A stretch of 63,711 nt of DNA, the filler included, from an uncultured bacterium (GTDB lineage: Bacteria > Hinthialibacterota > Hinthialibacteria > Hinthialibacterales > Hinthialibacteraceae): the NCBI GenBank assembly GCA_964449065.1. It is 9 parts of 9 records of this genome, joined end to end, with 100 filler letters (N's around TTAATTAATTAA, not from the genome) between each part and the next. Parts side by side here need not be neighbours in the genome. Positions count along the whole stretch, not along the records: positions 1 to 7,082 come from CAYVAZ010000274.1; positions 7,183 to 14,254 come from CAYVAZ010000275.1; 7 more parts are not named here. One strand, 5' to 3'. The notes under the pieces were generated by a model. That model searched no databases. It worked only from the letters and a program-made list of their open reading frames with translations, and was not told where the DNA came from. Positions 1 through 10,303 of this stretch are shown in pieces. How positions within the stretch are numbered: the stretch's first letter is position 1; each line of letters begins with the position of its first letter. Both the position numbers and the translations under genes were made by a program.

Positions 1-277
1 ATGCGATGGCGGTAATCTCACAGAAGTCACTTTTTTGCATTGCCGGGATTACTTTCACCAAAGCAATTTTAGCCGTACTGATGATACCCCAACGAACTTT
101 GCTCATTGTATTACTCCTACTGGATTGATCTTAAACCACAATGTATATGGATGGAACCGAAAATGAAACAGGCACATGTCTATTTTCGCAAAACCCTTTT
201 ATTCAATCGATTTTCCCCTTTGTTTTTTGATTTCCAATCCTTATAATGAATACAACTACTATGGGGAGAAAGTACAA

Positions 278-886
278 ATGAAAAAAGCCTTTACATTGAT
301 CGAACTTCTAATTGTTGTGGCTATCATAGGCATACTTGCTGCAATTGCCGTTCCGAATTTTTTAAACGCGCAGGTGCGCGCCAAAGTATCGCGGGCGGTG
401 TCGGATATGAAGACGCTGGAAACCGCGATGGAAATGTATAAGTTGGATAATAATGAATACCCCCCGGCCGATCAGCCGAGAGTACCTGGAAGTGTCAACG
501 CGTGGCATCCGAACCAAGTTCGTGTATACCGGATGACCACACCGATTGCATACATTTCTTCTATTCCGCGCGATCCATTCGCCACCTTCGCGAATGCGGG
601 GGATTTTGCGCAATGGGGTGATGCCTATGACTATGTCAACAACTACCGCGGTCACAACGGGGATGTTACCGGTCACGCGTGGGGTCATGCTTGGCGCTAT
701 AACAGCTGGGGGCCGGATAATGAGAACGGATGGGGCGGTCAACGTGACGGCAATTGCCCCAACGGCCAGCCGGACTTTTTGTATCAAACAACCAATGGGT
801 TAAACAGCAAAGGAGATATCGTTTGGGTTGGGCCCAAGTCAGAAATTGCCACGTCGCAATTTTGCAATATACAAAATGGAATTTAA
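278..886 (+). CDS. Prepilin-type (type IV pilin / GspG-like) N-terminal cleavage/methylation protein, paralog 1
   Basis: MKKA|FTLIELLIVVAIIGILAAIAVP class III signal with E5. ATG at 278 follows GGAG and is preferred over the ORF-track start at 176. Confidence 0.9.
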   Translation: MKKAFTLIELLIVVAIIGILAAIAVPNFLNAQVRAKVSRAVSDMKTLETAMEMYKLDNNEYPPADQPRVPGSVNAWHPNQVRVYRMTTPIAYISSIPRDPFATFANAGDFAQWGDAYDYVNNYRGHNGDVTGHAWGHAWRYNSWGPDNENGWGGQRDGNCPNGQPDFLYQTTNGLNSKGDIVWVGPKSEIATSQFCNIQNGI

Positions 887-944
887 TATGGATTGAAACT
901 GTGTTGTTTGCAAGGACACATAAAAATTTTCTGGGGAGAAAGTT

Positions 945-1541
945 ATGAAGCGTTTTAAAGGATTTACCCTGATTGAGTTGCTCATTGTTGTCGCGATCAT
1001 TGGGATACTTGCTGCAATTGCCGTTCCGAATTTTTTGAACGCGCAGGTGCGGGCAAAAGTATCCCGCGCGGTGTCGGATATGAAGACGCTGGAAACCGCA
1101 ATCGAAATGTACCAGTTGGATAACAACAACTATCCGCCAGCCGCGCAACCGCGGGTCCCGGGTTCTGTAGACGCCTGGCATCCAAATGAAGTGCGGTATT
1201 ACCGGATGACCACACCGATTGCCTATATTTCGTCAGTGCCAAAAGATCCTTTTACGAATTTTTCCGCGGAAGATTTCGCGCGGTGGGGATCGGCTTATGA
1301 CTTTGTAAATGAGACCTGGGGTCATGCCTGGCGTTTTAACAGCTGGGGGCCGGATACCATTAATCATTGGGGCGGCATCCGCGCGCCCTATGGCGGGAAT
1401 TTAAGTTCGGGCTGCCCGGGCGGCAATAATCCATTGTTTTTGTATCAATCGTCCAACGGCCTCCACAGCCTTGGCGATATTGTTTGGGTGGGACGCAAAG
1501 TCAGCAACGATAATTTCTGCGACATCCAAAATGGTATTTAA
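945..1541 (+). CDS. Prepilin-type pilin/pseudopilin, paralog 2
   Basis: G|FTLIELLIVV motif; highly similar to paralogs 1 and 3. Confidence 0.9.
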   Translation: MKRFKGFTLIELLIVVAIIGILAAIAVPNFLNAQVRAKVSRAVSDMKTLETAIEMYQLDNNNYPPAAQPRVPGSVDAWHPNEVRYYRMTTPIAYISSVPKDPFTNFSAEDFARWGSAYDFVNETWGHAWRFNSWGPDTINHWGGIRAPYGGNLSSGCPGGNNPLFLYQSSNGLHSLGDIVWVGRKVSNDNFCDIQNGI

Positions 1542-1589
1542 AAGAATGCTTGGTATGGCATTCATCACGAATATTGTTTGGGGTACGCA

Positions 1590-2177
1590 ATGAAGCGTTT
1601 CAAAGGGTTTACCCTGATTGAGTTGCTCATTGTTGTCGCAATCATTGGTATTCTGGCGGCCATAGCGGTGCCGAATTTTTTGAACGCGCAGGTGCGGGCA
1701 AAAGTATCCCGCGCGGTGTCGGATATGAAGACGCTGGAAACCGCTTTGGAAATGTACCGCTTGGATACCAACGGATTTCCTCCCTGGCGTGATCCCATGT
1801 CCGGCGGCGACCAATGGCCGAACGAAAAACGCTATCAGTGGCTAACATCTCCTGTCGCTTATCTGAGTTCCATTCCCATTGATCCGTTTGCCACATTTGC
1901 CAATCCGGATGATTTTGAACGATGGGGAACCGGGTATGATTATGTGAACAGCTATGACGGCAACATTGCCGGTTGGGGGCACGAATGGCGTATTAATAGT
2001 TGGGGGCCGGACTCGATCAACCACTGGGGCGGTGCGAGAGAGGGCATTGGAAAATGTCCGAACGGCGTACCCAAGTTCCAATACCAGACGACGAACGGAT
2101 TGACAAGTTTAGGTGATATTGTTTGGGTTGGCGCGAAAGTCCCCGGCAACGAGTGCGATATACAAAATGGTGTGTGA
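1590..2177 (+). CDS. Prepilin-type pilin/pseudopilin, paralog 3
   Basis: MKRFKG|FTLIELL; same conserved blocks (NSWGPD, GDIVWVG, CDIQNG). Confidence 0.9.
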   Translation: MKRFKGFTLIELLIVVAIIGILAAIAVPNFLNAQVRAKVSRAVSDMKTLETALEMYRLDTNGFPPWRDPMSGGDQWPNEKRYQWLTSPVAYLSSIPIDPFATFANPDDFERWGTGYDYVNSYDGNIAGWGHEWRINSWGPDSINHWGGAREGIGKCPNGVPKFQYQTTNGLTSLGDIVWVGAKVPGNECDIQNGV

Positions 2178-2201
2178 TTCTTTGGACAACCGGTGAGAAC
2201 G

Positions 2202-2238
2202 AAATCCTCCGGCGGCGGCATCACCGGGGGATTTTTTT
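2202..2238. terminator. Putative (bidirectional) intrinsic terminator between the convergent pilin and rsmD genes
   Basis: AAATCCTCCGG...CCGGGGGATTTTTT hairpin with a T-run. Confidence 0.55.
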
Positions 2239-2818
2239 ATGCGTCATTCGCGTCGGCTTCGGCCAATTTTTTCATGAAGAACTCGACTTTGGTTTTGCCG
2301 TATTTTTTGGCGCGGACGTGTTCGAGTTCATCCCACTCAAGTTGGATATCATCTTTGTGAAAGTGCTGGACAAAAATCACGGTCTCTTCATGAACTAAGT
2401 GTATGCACGATTCCAGCAATGCGAGGGTTTTGTCTTCCAGCCCCTCATTATAGGGCGGGGTTACGGCTATCACATCAAAGGGTTCTTCTTGATGGCGCAG
2501 GGCGGGCAGCGAACGCAAGACATCCCCATGAATAAGACGGAACGGCTCGTCGGGACAAATGTTCTTTTGATTATGGCGAATGGCATCACAGGCTTTTTTG
2601 TCGGCTTCGATACACAAGGAAAATTTGGCGCCGCGGCTTAAACTTTCGATGGAAAACACACCCGTGCCAGAATACAAATCAAGGATGCGGGCGTCTTCCA
2701 GATGGGGCTGCAGGATATCCATGATGGATTTCCGAACGCGCGATAGGGCGGGGCGGGTTTGCAATCCCTTTGGAGCTTCAACTAATCGGTTTTTATACTT
2801 TCCTGCTATGATTCTCAT
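2237..2818 (-). CDS. rsmD: 16S rRNA (guanine966-N2)-methyltransferase
   Basis: MRIIAGKYK...TRP, LDLYSGTG SAM motif, (D/T)PPY, KKYGKT. Confidence 0.9.
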   Translation of the reverse strand: MRIIAGKYKNRLVEAPKGLQTRPALSRVRKSIMDILQPHLEDARILDLYSGTGVFSIESLSRGAKFSLCIEADKKACDAIRHNQKNICPDEPFRLIHGDVLRSLPALRHQEEPFDVIAVTPPYNEGLEDKTLALLESCIHLVHEETVIFVQHFHKDDIQLEWDELEHVRAKKYGKTKVEFFMKKLAEADANDA

Positions 2819-3069
2819 TCGTTATCCTTTATGGTTTGTTCAAATATCTATACCAATACCCTATCAAATTCATTTGGGTTAAGACGGATTGTTTAACGCA
2901 CCGGCTGGAAGCCGGTGCTACCCAAAACGACCGTTCATAATAACAAATTGAATTGTTACTACACTTAGTTTACCTGAGAATAAAATTTTAAAAGACAATG
3001 GACACTTTCTCAAATGGTATCCGTTTGTACAATATGCCGGTGTTCGCTTGAAACGGTAAGGAGAAATTC

Positions 3070-4350
3070 ATGGCTAAATCCAAAGTAGCAGTATTGCGCA
3101 CTTCACCCCGCACGGTGCTGGAAGACTATCATTCGTTATTGAACCATGCGGATTATCAGAATGTGCTGGATAAAACCGCCGATACGGCGTTGAAGATAAA
3201 CATCAGTTGGCACTTCTTTTTTCCGGGATGCTCAACCACGCCCTGGCAGCTGGAGGGTGTGATCCGCGCGATGAAGAAAGACGGCTTTGATCCGAATTTG
3301 ATTCACGGCTGCCACAACCGCACCGTAGTGATCGATGCCCATCTTGGCGAGCGCGAAAACAAGCAAATCGATGTGGTCGAAGCGCACAGTCTTCGAAATG
3401 TTCATCTCTACGAAGGCGAAGAATGGGTGAATGTCCGGGATGCGGTCGGAGATTTGGCCAACGATTTTCTTTGCCTGAATGAAGTGTATCCGCAAGGGTT
3501 TTCCATCCCCAAACGGTTTATCGGGGAAAACATCATTCATTTGCCGACGGTAAAAACGCATGTGTTTACGCACACCACCGGGGCAATGAAAAACGCGTTC
3601 GGCGGACTGCTGAACGAGCACCGCCATTGGACGCATCCAGTGATCCACGAAACACTGGTCGATTTGTTGATGATTCAAAAGAAGATTCACAGCGGCGTTT
3701 TTGCTGTTATGGACGGCACGTATGCCGGGGATGGGCCGGGGCCGCGCTGTATGACTCCCTACGTGAAAAATGTAATCTTGGCATCCGACGATCAAGTAGC
3801 TATCGATGCCATTGCCGCGAAGATGATGGGATTTGATCCCCTGAAAGACCTAAAGTATGTCCGGCTGGCGCATGAACGCGGGTTGGGATGCGGCGATCCC
3901 AACGAAATCGAAATCGTCGGTGATGTGGATGTAGGACAGGAAAACTGGGGCTTTGAAGGCCCAATGAAGAACATCACCTTTGCCGCCAGTATGCAGCATC
4001 AAATTTATTGGGGAAGATTGAAAACGTTTATTGAATGGTCGCTGAAAACCTGGATGGCGCCTTGGGCCTATATCGCCAGCGTGATTTACCATGACTGGTA
4101 TTGGTATTTGCGCTTTGGCAGAAGCCGGGTGCTGGAATGCCTAAACAGCGATTGGGGCAAACTCTTTAACAACTGGAATACCGTTCAGCCGGATGAAAAA
4201 GGCTGGGTGGATGTGGGCAGCGAGCCGCCCAGTATTGTAAGAAAAACCGGATCACACCTGTGGCAGGGCGTTAAAATTCTGTGGGAATGCATTAAAGAAG
4301 CGCCCGAATTCGCGGCGCGCAAACGAAAGAAAATTCAGGATAAAACCTAA
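3070..4350 (+). CDS. DUF362 domain (Fe-S binding-like) protein
   Basis: LKINISW, LPTVKTH, TGAMKN.FGG, GDGP, DxVAIDA motifs. Confidence 0.8.
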   Translation: MAKSKVAVLRTSPRTVLEDYHSLLNHADYQNVLDKTADTALKINISWHFFFPGCSTTPWQLEGVIRAMKKDGFDPNLIHGCHNRTVVIDAHLGERENKQIDVVEAHSLRNVHLYEGEEWVNVRDAVGDLANDFLCLNEVYPQGFSIPKRFIGENIIHLPTVKTHVFTHTTGAMKNAFGGLLNEHRHWTHPVIHETLVDLLMIQKKIHSGVFAVMDGTYAGDGPGPRCMTPYVKNVILASDDQVAIDAIAAKMMGFDPLKDLKYVRLAHERGLGCGDPNEIEIVGDVDVGQENWGFEGPMKNITFAASMQHQIYWGRLKTFIEWSLKTWMAPWAYIASVIYHDWYWYLRFGRSRVLECLNSDWGKLFNNWNTVQPDEKGWVDVGSEPPSIVRKTGSHLWQGVKILWECIKEAPEFAARKRKKIQDKT

Positions 4351-4681
4351 TTGTTGCGATCTATTTGTATTATGCAGTGATGTAACGCACAGAATCATTC
4401 ACTACTACATTGAAAATGAATTCTATTGATAGGCTGTTTAGTTAAAAAAATACGCAATGTCTATCGTCTTCTCCCTTTGGGAGAAGATAAGAGATGAGGG
4501 CGAATAGAGCGATTGCCCCTAATGGCGCTATTATGTACTAAGAGATTATTGCACCCTAAAACCCTCACCCCGACCCTCTCCCAGTGGGCGAGGGAGATAG
4601 ATATTGCGAATGATTCGTATATAGGGCATATCGTTTTGATAGTCTTACATCAGTTATTCATGGGTTTGAGGAGAGAACGAC

Positions 4682-5929
4682 ATGCAGTTGATCTTGTTTG
4701 AGGATGAGGGCTTTAAAAATCTATTTCCAATTGCGCACAACCGTCCTGTGTATGACCTGCGCTGCGGTGTGCGGACACTGGGTGAAAAGATAGCAAGCTT
4801 TTACCCCAAGGCCGAAACCGCCTTTCACTGCCGCGATTATCTCGCCAATTTGGTCAAACAACGAAAAGGCACAACCAAAGTTAATCAGCAATACCAAGAT
4901 GCCGCGCTATGGATCAACGGCCGGGTGGTTTGGAACCTGGAACTGGCTCAATCCATCCCTGTTGACGGCGAAGATGAGTTGGTTTTTTATCAAGACACCT
5001 TGGTTGCTATGCGGTTATCCGGCGAAAATATGGAGCGGATTGAACCGGGTGAAATTATAACGGCGGAATTGTTCCCATCACTTCCCCGCAAACAGGTTGA
5101 AGCCAGGGTTGTCAACTATTATTGGGATATTGTCTACGAAAACAAAAACCAACTGACTGTCGATTTTCATCACGTTGGATGCAACGGCGCCAAAGACGGA
5201 CAGATTTATGATGGAGCCTATCTGTTGGAGCCGGACCGGATTACCATCGCGGAAGGCGCGAAGATAAAACCCTGCACGGTCCTCGACGCGGAAGACGGCC
5301 CCATCTTTATCGATGAAGGCGCGCAGATTATGCCTCATGCTTATATCCAAGGGCCTTGCTATATCGGCAAAAAATCCATCATCAAAACCTCCGCCAAGAT
5401 TTACGAAGGCACCACCATAGGCGATGTGTGTAAGATCGGCGGGGAAGTGGAAGAAAGTATTTTTCATTCCTACAGCAACAAGCAGCATGATGGATTCATC
5501 GGGCACTCGTACATCGGCATGTGGGTCAACATCGGTGCCGATACCAACAACAGCGATTTGAAAAACAATTACGGGTCGGTGAAATGCTTTGTGAACGCGG
5601 AACCGGTGATAACCGGGCGTCAGTTCCTAGGATTATCTATGGGCGATCATTCCAAATCCGGCATCAACACGACCTTTAATACCGGCACCATTATCGGGAT
5701 CTGCTGTAATTTGTTTGGGCCGTTGTTTCTTCCGAAATACATCCCCAGCTTTTCATGGGGCGGGCAGCACCGGCTGGTGGAATACCGCTTCGACAAATGC
5801 ATGGAAGTCGCCAAACGCGTGATGCAGCGCCGCGACCAGGAACTGACGCCGGTGGAAGAAGAAGTGCTCTTCAAAATCTTTGAGATGGAAGCCCAACAGC
5901 GCATCAACTTCTATTTGCTTATGCAGTAA
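4682..5929 (+). CDS. GlmU-related putative sugar nucleotidyltransferase with left-handed beta-helix
   Basis: RPVYDLRCG N-terminus, hexapeptide repeats, KIGGEVEES, NKQHDGFIGHSY, NSDLKNNY. Confidence 0.85.
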   Translation: MQLILFEDEGFKNLFPIAHNRPVYDLRCGVRTLGEKIASFYPKAETAFHCRDYLANLVKQRKGTTKVNQQYQDAALWINGRVVWNLELAQSIPVDGEDELVFYQDTLVAMRLSGENMERIEPGEIITAELFPSLPRKQVEARVVNYYWDIVYENKNQLTVDFHHVGCNGAKDGQIYDGAYLLEPDRITIAEGAKIKPCTVLDAEDGPIFIDEGAQIMPHAYIQGPCYIGKKSIIKTSAKIYEGTTIGDVCKIGGEVEESIFHSYSNKQHDGFIGHSYIGMWVNIGADTNNSDLKNNYGSVKCFVNAEPVITGRQFLGLSMGDHSKSGINTTFNTGTIIGICCNLFGPLFLPKYIPSFSWGGQHRLVEYRFDKCMEVAKRVMQRRDQELTPVEEEVLFKIFEMEAQQRINFYLLMQ

Positions 5930-6019
5930 CGTTCAATGCTGTCTTCCGTTTCCGGTTCGATTATGGTATTTTGAATTCAGGGATGAATAAAAACGCAGGT
6001 GTTCACGCCGTTTTGGACT

Positions 6020-6169
6020 TAGATTAAGTTGCATTGAAAAAGTGAGGTATACTTTAGTTAAAATATAGGGTGACGCAAAATGTAGGATGGGCTCAAAGCG
6101 AAGCGTAGCCCATCATGATCATCTACGCTTATTTTAGTTTAACTAACATTTTTATTGCAACTTGGTATT
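6020..6169. mobile_element. MITE-like element, family C (TIR TACCAAGTTGCA-like) with an internal GTAG REP palindrome
   Basis: Ends TTAAGTTGCA...TGCAACTTGGTA; internal GTAGGATGGGCTCAAAGCGAAGCGTAGCCCATC. Related copies or fragments near 29394, 29747, 30243, 34510, 35790 and 62838. Confidence 0.7.
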
Positions 6170-6176
6170 AGATTCA

Positions 6177-6541
6177 ATGAGGAAATACGCAAAACTCAGG
6201 GATAAAATTCTGATTGGAAGTTCTGACAATAACATTGAGTTTTCACTATTGTGTCAGTTATTGGTGCGGCTTGGATTTAAAGCAATTCAAGGTTGGATAG
6301 ACAGGAAATTGGTATTGCATTTGCCGTAGGGGCACATTGCAATGTGCCCTTACACAACGTCTACGCAAACCTGAAATACTCTAAAGAAAGAATAAAGGGA
6401 AGTCATCACATTTTTTCAAGAAACAATGTTGAAGAGATCATCAATATCCAACCCAAAGGAACTCAAGCAAAATCGTATCAGGTAAAACAAATACGATTGA
6501 TTTTGATCAAGTATGGATTCGGAGATTCTGATGTCGATTAA
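6177..6541 (+). pseudogene. hicA: HicA-family toxin interrupted by a MITE
   Basis: MRKYAKLRDKILIGSSDNNIEFSLLCQLLVRLGF + [insert] + KERIKGSHHIFSR; removing the insert restores one ORF. Confidence 0.85.
6278..6383. mobile_element. MITE family A (102 bp plus TA duplication)
   Basis: TA-flanked, TIR (G/A)AGCAATTCA, internal palindrome GTAGGGGCACATTGCAATGTGCCC; same-length copies at 24784-24889 and 54149-54254. Confidence 0.85.
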
Positions 6542-6732
6542 ATATGAAATGATTATTTATTGGAGCAAAGAAGACCAGTCGTTTGTGGTTGAAGTGCCGG
6601 AGTTGCCCGGCTGTATGGCTATACGAGCAGGCTGTTACCAATGCTCAACAAGTGATTGAAGAGTGGATGGAGACCGCAAAAGAACTGGGACGCCCCATCC
6701 CTGCCCCCAAAGGCCGCCTGATGTATGCGTAG
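6531..6732 (+). pseudogene. hicB: HicB-family antitoxin, frameshifted
   Basis: MSIKYEMIIYWSKEDQSFVVEVPELPGCMA, then a frameshift (the usual DGxT is missing), then YEQAVTNAQQVIEEWMETAKELGRPIPAPKGRLMYA. Confidence 0.8.
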
Positions 6733-7082
6733 TTTTCCTGATTTAAAGTATCATGGTATATAGTTGCCTGCAAAGGCAAATAATACCTTGCCCTTACTAT
6801 GCTCCAGTTCATTCCAAACATGCTGTCCATCCTCAATCCTGTCTTCCGTTTCCAACCCGCTTATGTTAATTTAAACCCGATGGGTGAGTGAATCTATTCG
6901 CCATACAATTTCTCTTTCAAGATTTATAACAGGTCAGCGATATGAAGTGCATATTCAAAAATTCGAATCGATTTTCTTATTCCTCCCCCAATGCAATGGG
7001 GGAGGCTAGTACAGTGTCAGGCAAAACGTGTCGGGTAAGGTGAAAACCCTGTGGCTCGGCGGGAGCCTCGCCCTCCCAATTC

Positions 7083-7182
7083 NNNNNNNNNNNNNNNNNN
7101 NNNNNNNNNNNNNNNNNNNNNNNNNNTTAATTAATTAANNNNNNNNNNNNNNNNNNNNNNNNNNNNNNNNNNNNNNNNNNNN
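7083..7182. other. Assembly linker (N-TTAATTAATTAA-N)
   Basis: Identical 100-nt linkers also at 14255, 21416, 28553, 35690, 42728, 49732 and 56732. Confidence 0.98.
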
Positions 7183-7413
7183 GTCCGGTAGCCCACCAGA
7201 CATACCGAAAGCGGACATTCCATATTTCTTTTGGTATTATTTCATGAAATAGAAACTATCCCAGCTTATTCGCGTCCATGATAGACGATATAGTGGTTGA
7301 AATCCGATGGACTGAAATCGGCAAAGTCGTTATTCGCGTTTATTGGCGTGTATTCGCGGTTTAAATCATTCAGGGACATCTGTGACTCAAGATGATTTGT
7401 GTACGGAGAGTAG

Positions 7414-7596
7414 CCCTTTGGGAGAAGATAAGAGATGAGGGCGAAGAGAGCGATTGCTCCCCATGACGCAATAGCCTATTAAAGGTTTATTCCTCCCGAA
7501 CCCTCACCCCGTCCCTCTCCCGGTGGGCGAGGGCGATAGTTTCAGCGAAAGATGAGAAAAACGGGCATATCAAAATGTAGTGCGTAACATGAGTTA
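7414..7596. mobile_element. MITE family D (TIR TAACTCATGTTACGCA) with internal CCCTCACCCC..CCCTCTCCC..GGGCGAGGG repeat
   Basis: Related copies at ~4375-4656, 21323-21415, 28653-28741, 29299, 42671 and 63632-63711. Confidence 0.7.
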
Positions 7597-7886
7597 CTAA
7601 ACAAGTTCAAAAACATTTATCACAAGAGGAATATCATCAACTCCAAATTGATTTAGTATTGCATCCGGAAAGTGGTACAATTATAAATGGAAGTGGCGGG
7701 TTACGAAAAATTCGTTGGAGGCATAAAGGGCATGGTAAACGCGGTGGTGTAAGAGTAATTTATTATTGGAGGGTCTCCCAGAATCATCTCATCATGCTTT
7801 TTGTGTATCCAAAGAAGGTTCAAGACAATTTATCTCCGTCTCAATTGAAGTTGTTGAGACGGATTGTAGAGGATGAATACTCATGA
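7596..7886 (+). pseudogene. RelE/HigB-family toxin, 5'-truncated by a MITE
   Basis: TKQVQKHLSQEEYHQLQIDLVLHPESG...GGLRKIRW...GKRGGVRVIYY; no start codon, and it abuts a TIR. Confidence 0.75.
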
Positions 7887-8197
7887 GTGGCAATTATATG
7901 AACGAGGAACTGTTTTCAGAATTGGCGGAAAGTGTTCGGGAAGGTGGAGCGATCTGCCGTGGGGAAAAAGAGGCTTCGCGTACCTTTGTGATTTCCCCGC
8001 CTGATGTACTGCGAATTCGGGAACGGTATGGACTGACTCAAACCGAATTGGCTGCATTGCTTGGAGTTGGTGTTGATACGGTTGCTGGTTGGGAAGAGGG
8101 AAAAGAAAGCCCGCAGGGGGCGGTTCGGGTGTTATTGCAGGTTGCGGACAAACATCCCGAAGCGGTGTGGGATGTTGTTCAATGCGGGATTGAATAG
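7883..8197 (+). CDS. HTH (HigA/NadS-like) antitoxin
   Basis: IRERYGLTQTELAALLGV...WEEG..P.G HTH; downstream of the RelE-like gene. Confidence 0.8.
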   Translation: MSGNYMNEELFSELAESVREGGAICRGEKEASRTFVISPPDVLRIRERYGLTQTELAALLGVGVDTVAGWEEGKESPQGAVRVLLQVADKHPEAVWDVVQCGIE

Positions 8198-8216
8198 GTA
8201 TTGCAAAAAAAGCTTA

Positions 8217-8248
8217 AAAAAGGCGGGATGCTTGTCTCGCCTTTTTTT
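8217..8248. terminator. Bidirectional intrinsic terminator
   Basis: AAAAAAGGCGGGA-TGCTTG-TCTCGCCTTTTTTT between convergent genes. Confidence 0.65.
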
Positions 8249-8354
8249 GTGAAACCGCGAATGAACACGAAAAATAACGTTGTTTGATAATGAAAGTTTT
8301 GAAGTAAATCCGGTAGGCTGCTACGCTTCGCTTTGAGCCTTTCCATTGCTTTCA

Positions 8355-8924
8355 TTACTTTTTAACCCGTTCGATGTAGGAACTGTCGCGGGTATCGACT
8401 TTGATGACGTCGCCTTCGTTGATGAAAAGCGGAACCTGCACTTCCACACCGCATTCCAACACAGCTGGTTTGGTGGTGTTGGAAACGGTATCACCCTTTA
8501 AGCCCGGGTCGGTTTGAGTGACTTCAAATTCCATGTGCATCGGAATTTCAACATCGACCGGGGTTCCTTCGTAGTATTGAATCGTCAAGTTCATGTTCTC
8601 GATCAGCCATTTTTCCATGCCGAACATGCTCTCGACCGGTAAATCGATTTGTTCGTAGGTCTCGTTGTCCATAAAGTGGAGTTCGGTATCGGCATAGAGA
8701 AACTGGACCTCTTTGGATTCGAGCACCACCTTTTCCATCGCTTCTTCCGGTCGGGTGGTTTTATCGATGACGCGTCCGGATTGCAGGTGCTTGAGCTTTA
8801 GACGCACGATGGTGTTGCCTTTGCCCGGTTTATGGTGCTCGTATTTCACACAGGTATAAAGTTCGCCGTCGATATCCACCTTAACGCCCGCGCGCACGTC
8901 GTTTGCTTTTATTGGAATGCCCAT
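8355..8924 (-). CDS. efp: Elongation factor P
   Basis: KPGKG loop, PGLKGDT, VQVPLFINEGD.IKVDTR. Confidence 0.97.
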   Translation of the reverse strand: MGIPIKANDVRAGVKVDIDGELYTCVKYEHHKPGKGNTIVRLKLKHLQSGRVIDKTTRPEEAMEKVVLESKEVQFLYADTELHFMDNETYEQIDLPVESMFGMEKWLIENMNLTIQYYEGTPVDVEIPMHMEFEVTQTDPGLKGDTVSNTTKPAVLECGVEVQVPLFINEGDVIKVDTRDSSYIERVKK

Positions 8925-9067
8925 TGGTTTTTGCCTTTATTTAGAAATGATGAAAGCCACAAATTGAGGTAGCTTAGAAGCCGCCCCGTTTCATTCAAGC
9001 CCTTTAGGGTATTGAACATGTAAATTATGAGGTTCATCAATGGTTTCTTTCGTTTCGATAGTTTGCA

Positions 9068-9664
9068 TTAATTCGGGCTGCTCGTTTTGCGGGGGAGGGT
9101 TTTCTCGTTGGCTTTGGAACGGGGCAACATGCGGGAACCTTGGTGGCCGCGGATCATTTTGACGGTTTTTAAAACGCGGTCTCCCTCTTCGTTTCCGGTG
9201 AAAATAAGATGGATTTCTTCACCATCCGAGACAACCGGGATGCCGCTTTCGGTGATGTATTCATAACCCGCGGGACGATCCGGAAAGCCCTCCAACACCA
9301 TAACATTATCCGCCGAAGTGAATTCGATGCGTTTGGGACCATTGAGGATGGAACCGGCCTGTTCAATACGCGCACCGCCGGTTAAACGAAAGTTATCGAG
9401 ATTGGGTTGAAAATAGATTGTCCGCGCGTAGATCAGCGTTTCTTCGGTTCCGTCTTGAATGATGGCATGGGCCGGGTCGGAAGCGGTGCCTTGGATTTCA
9501 ACATAAACCGCTTCGGTGTGGGCGTTATCGATCACATAAGTCGGACCCGGGGGGATAATAAAGGTGCGGCCCTCTTTGCTGGGGATGGTGGTTTGCAGGT
9601 TTTGGCTGGCGGCGATTTGTATGCAGCTGAACGCGATAATAGGTAATAGAAGCAAGCGGTTCAT
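9068..9664 (-). CDS. Secreted LptA/OstA-like beta-jellyroll protein (putative)
   Basis: Signal peptide; beta-rich with FRLTGGARIEQ; similar to the 9764 ORF. Confidence 0.45.
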   Translation of the reverse strand: MNRLLLLPIIAFSCIQIAASQNLQTTIPSKEGRTFIIPPGPTYVIDNAHTEAVYVEIQGTASDPAHAIIQDGTEETLIYARTIYFQPNLDNFRLTGGARIEQAGSILNGPKRIEFTSADNVMVLEGFPDRPAGYEYITESGIPVVSDGEEIHLIFTGNEEGDRVLKTVKMIRGHQGSRMLPRSKANEKTLPRKTSSPN

Positions 9665-9763
9665 TTATATCCTCATTTCAAATATTTTGAAAAATGGATC
9701 CCCTTTATCCCTTTAATAAGGGAAAACAACGGCAATCGTTTATCTGCAAATCCCGGTTGTTGG

Positions 9764-10294
9764 TCATGATCGTTTTTCAATGCGTTTGAGCTCGCGTTTG
9801 CCGTCTATGGTTTCAAAGTAAAAGCGAAACTCTTTGCCGTATGAATGCATGACACGCCCGTCGGGAAACGTGTAGTGAAATTCCGCCCAATTATCCGGGG
9901 TGCCTTCGACCAGCATAAAGTTTTTCTCGGGATCAAACTGTATCTTGCTGGGACCTTTCAGAGTTTCGGATTCGGTTTCGATTGCGGCATTGCCTTCAAT
10001 TAAAAACCGTTCGTTTGCGGTGGTGTAGGTTATCGTTTTCCCGGAAAATTTCGAAATTTCATCGTCCCTATTGATTTGGGCACGCGCCAAATCGTTTTCT
10101 TCTTTTGGGGTGAAAATAAATGTGCGTGTTTCTTCGGTCGGATTTTCGACCGTGATGTTCACATCGGGCGGGATGGTGATCTCGTTGCCCTTTTCATCCG
10201 TCAAAACGGTATCGAGTTCATCCTGTGTAAAAGTGAATGGCGGGAAAAGTAAAGCAAGACTTAACAAAAGCAAAATGGAATAAGAATATCTCAT
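9764..10294 (-). CDS. Secreted LptA/OstA-like protein (putative)
   Basis: Signal peptide; FSGKTITY...IEGNAAI...LKG..KIQF pattern. Confidence 0.45.
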   Translation of the reverse strand: MRYSYSILLLLSLALLFPPFTFTQDELDTVLTDEKGNEITIPPDVNITVENPTEETRTFIFTPKEENDLARAQINRDDEISKFSGKTITYTTANERFLIEGNAAIETESETLKGPSKIQFDPEKNFMLVEGTPDNWAEFHYTFPDGRVMHSYGKEFRFYFETIDGKRELKRIEKRS

Positions 10295-10303
10295 TGCTTG
10301 TTC

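Noticed and set aside
278..2177. Pilin paralogs as DGR targets or a shufflon
   Set aside because: No reverse transcriptase, recombinase, or adenine-specific template/variable repeat pair seen; each copy is a complete gene.
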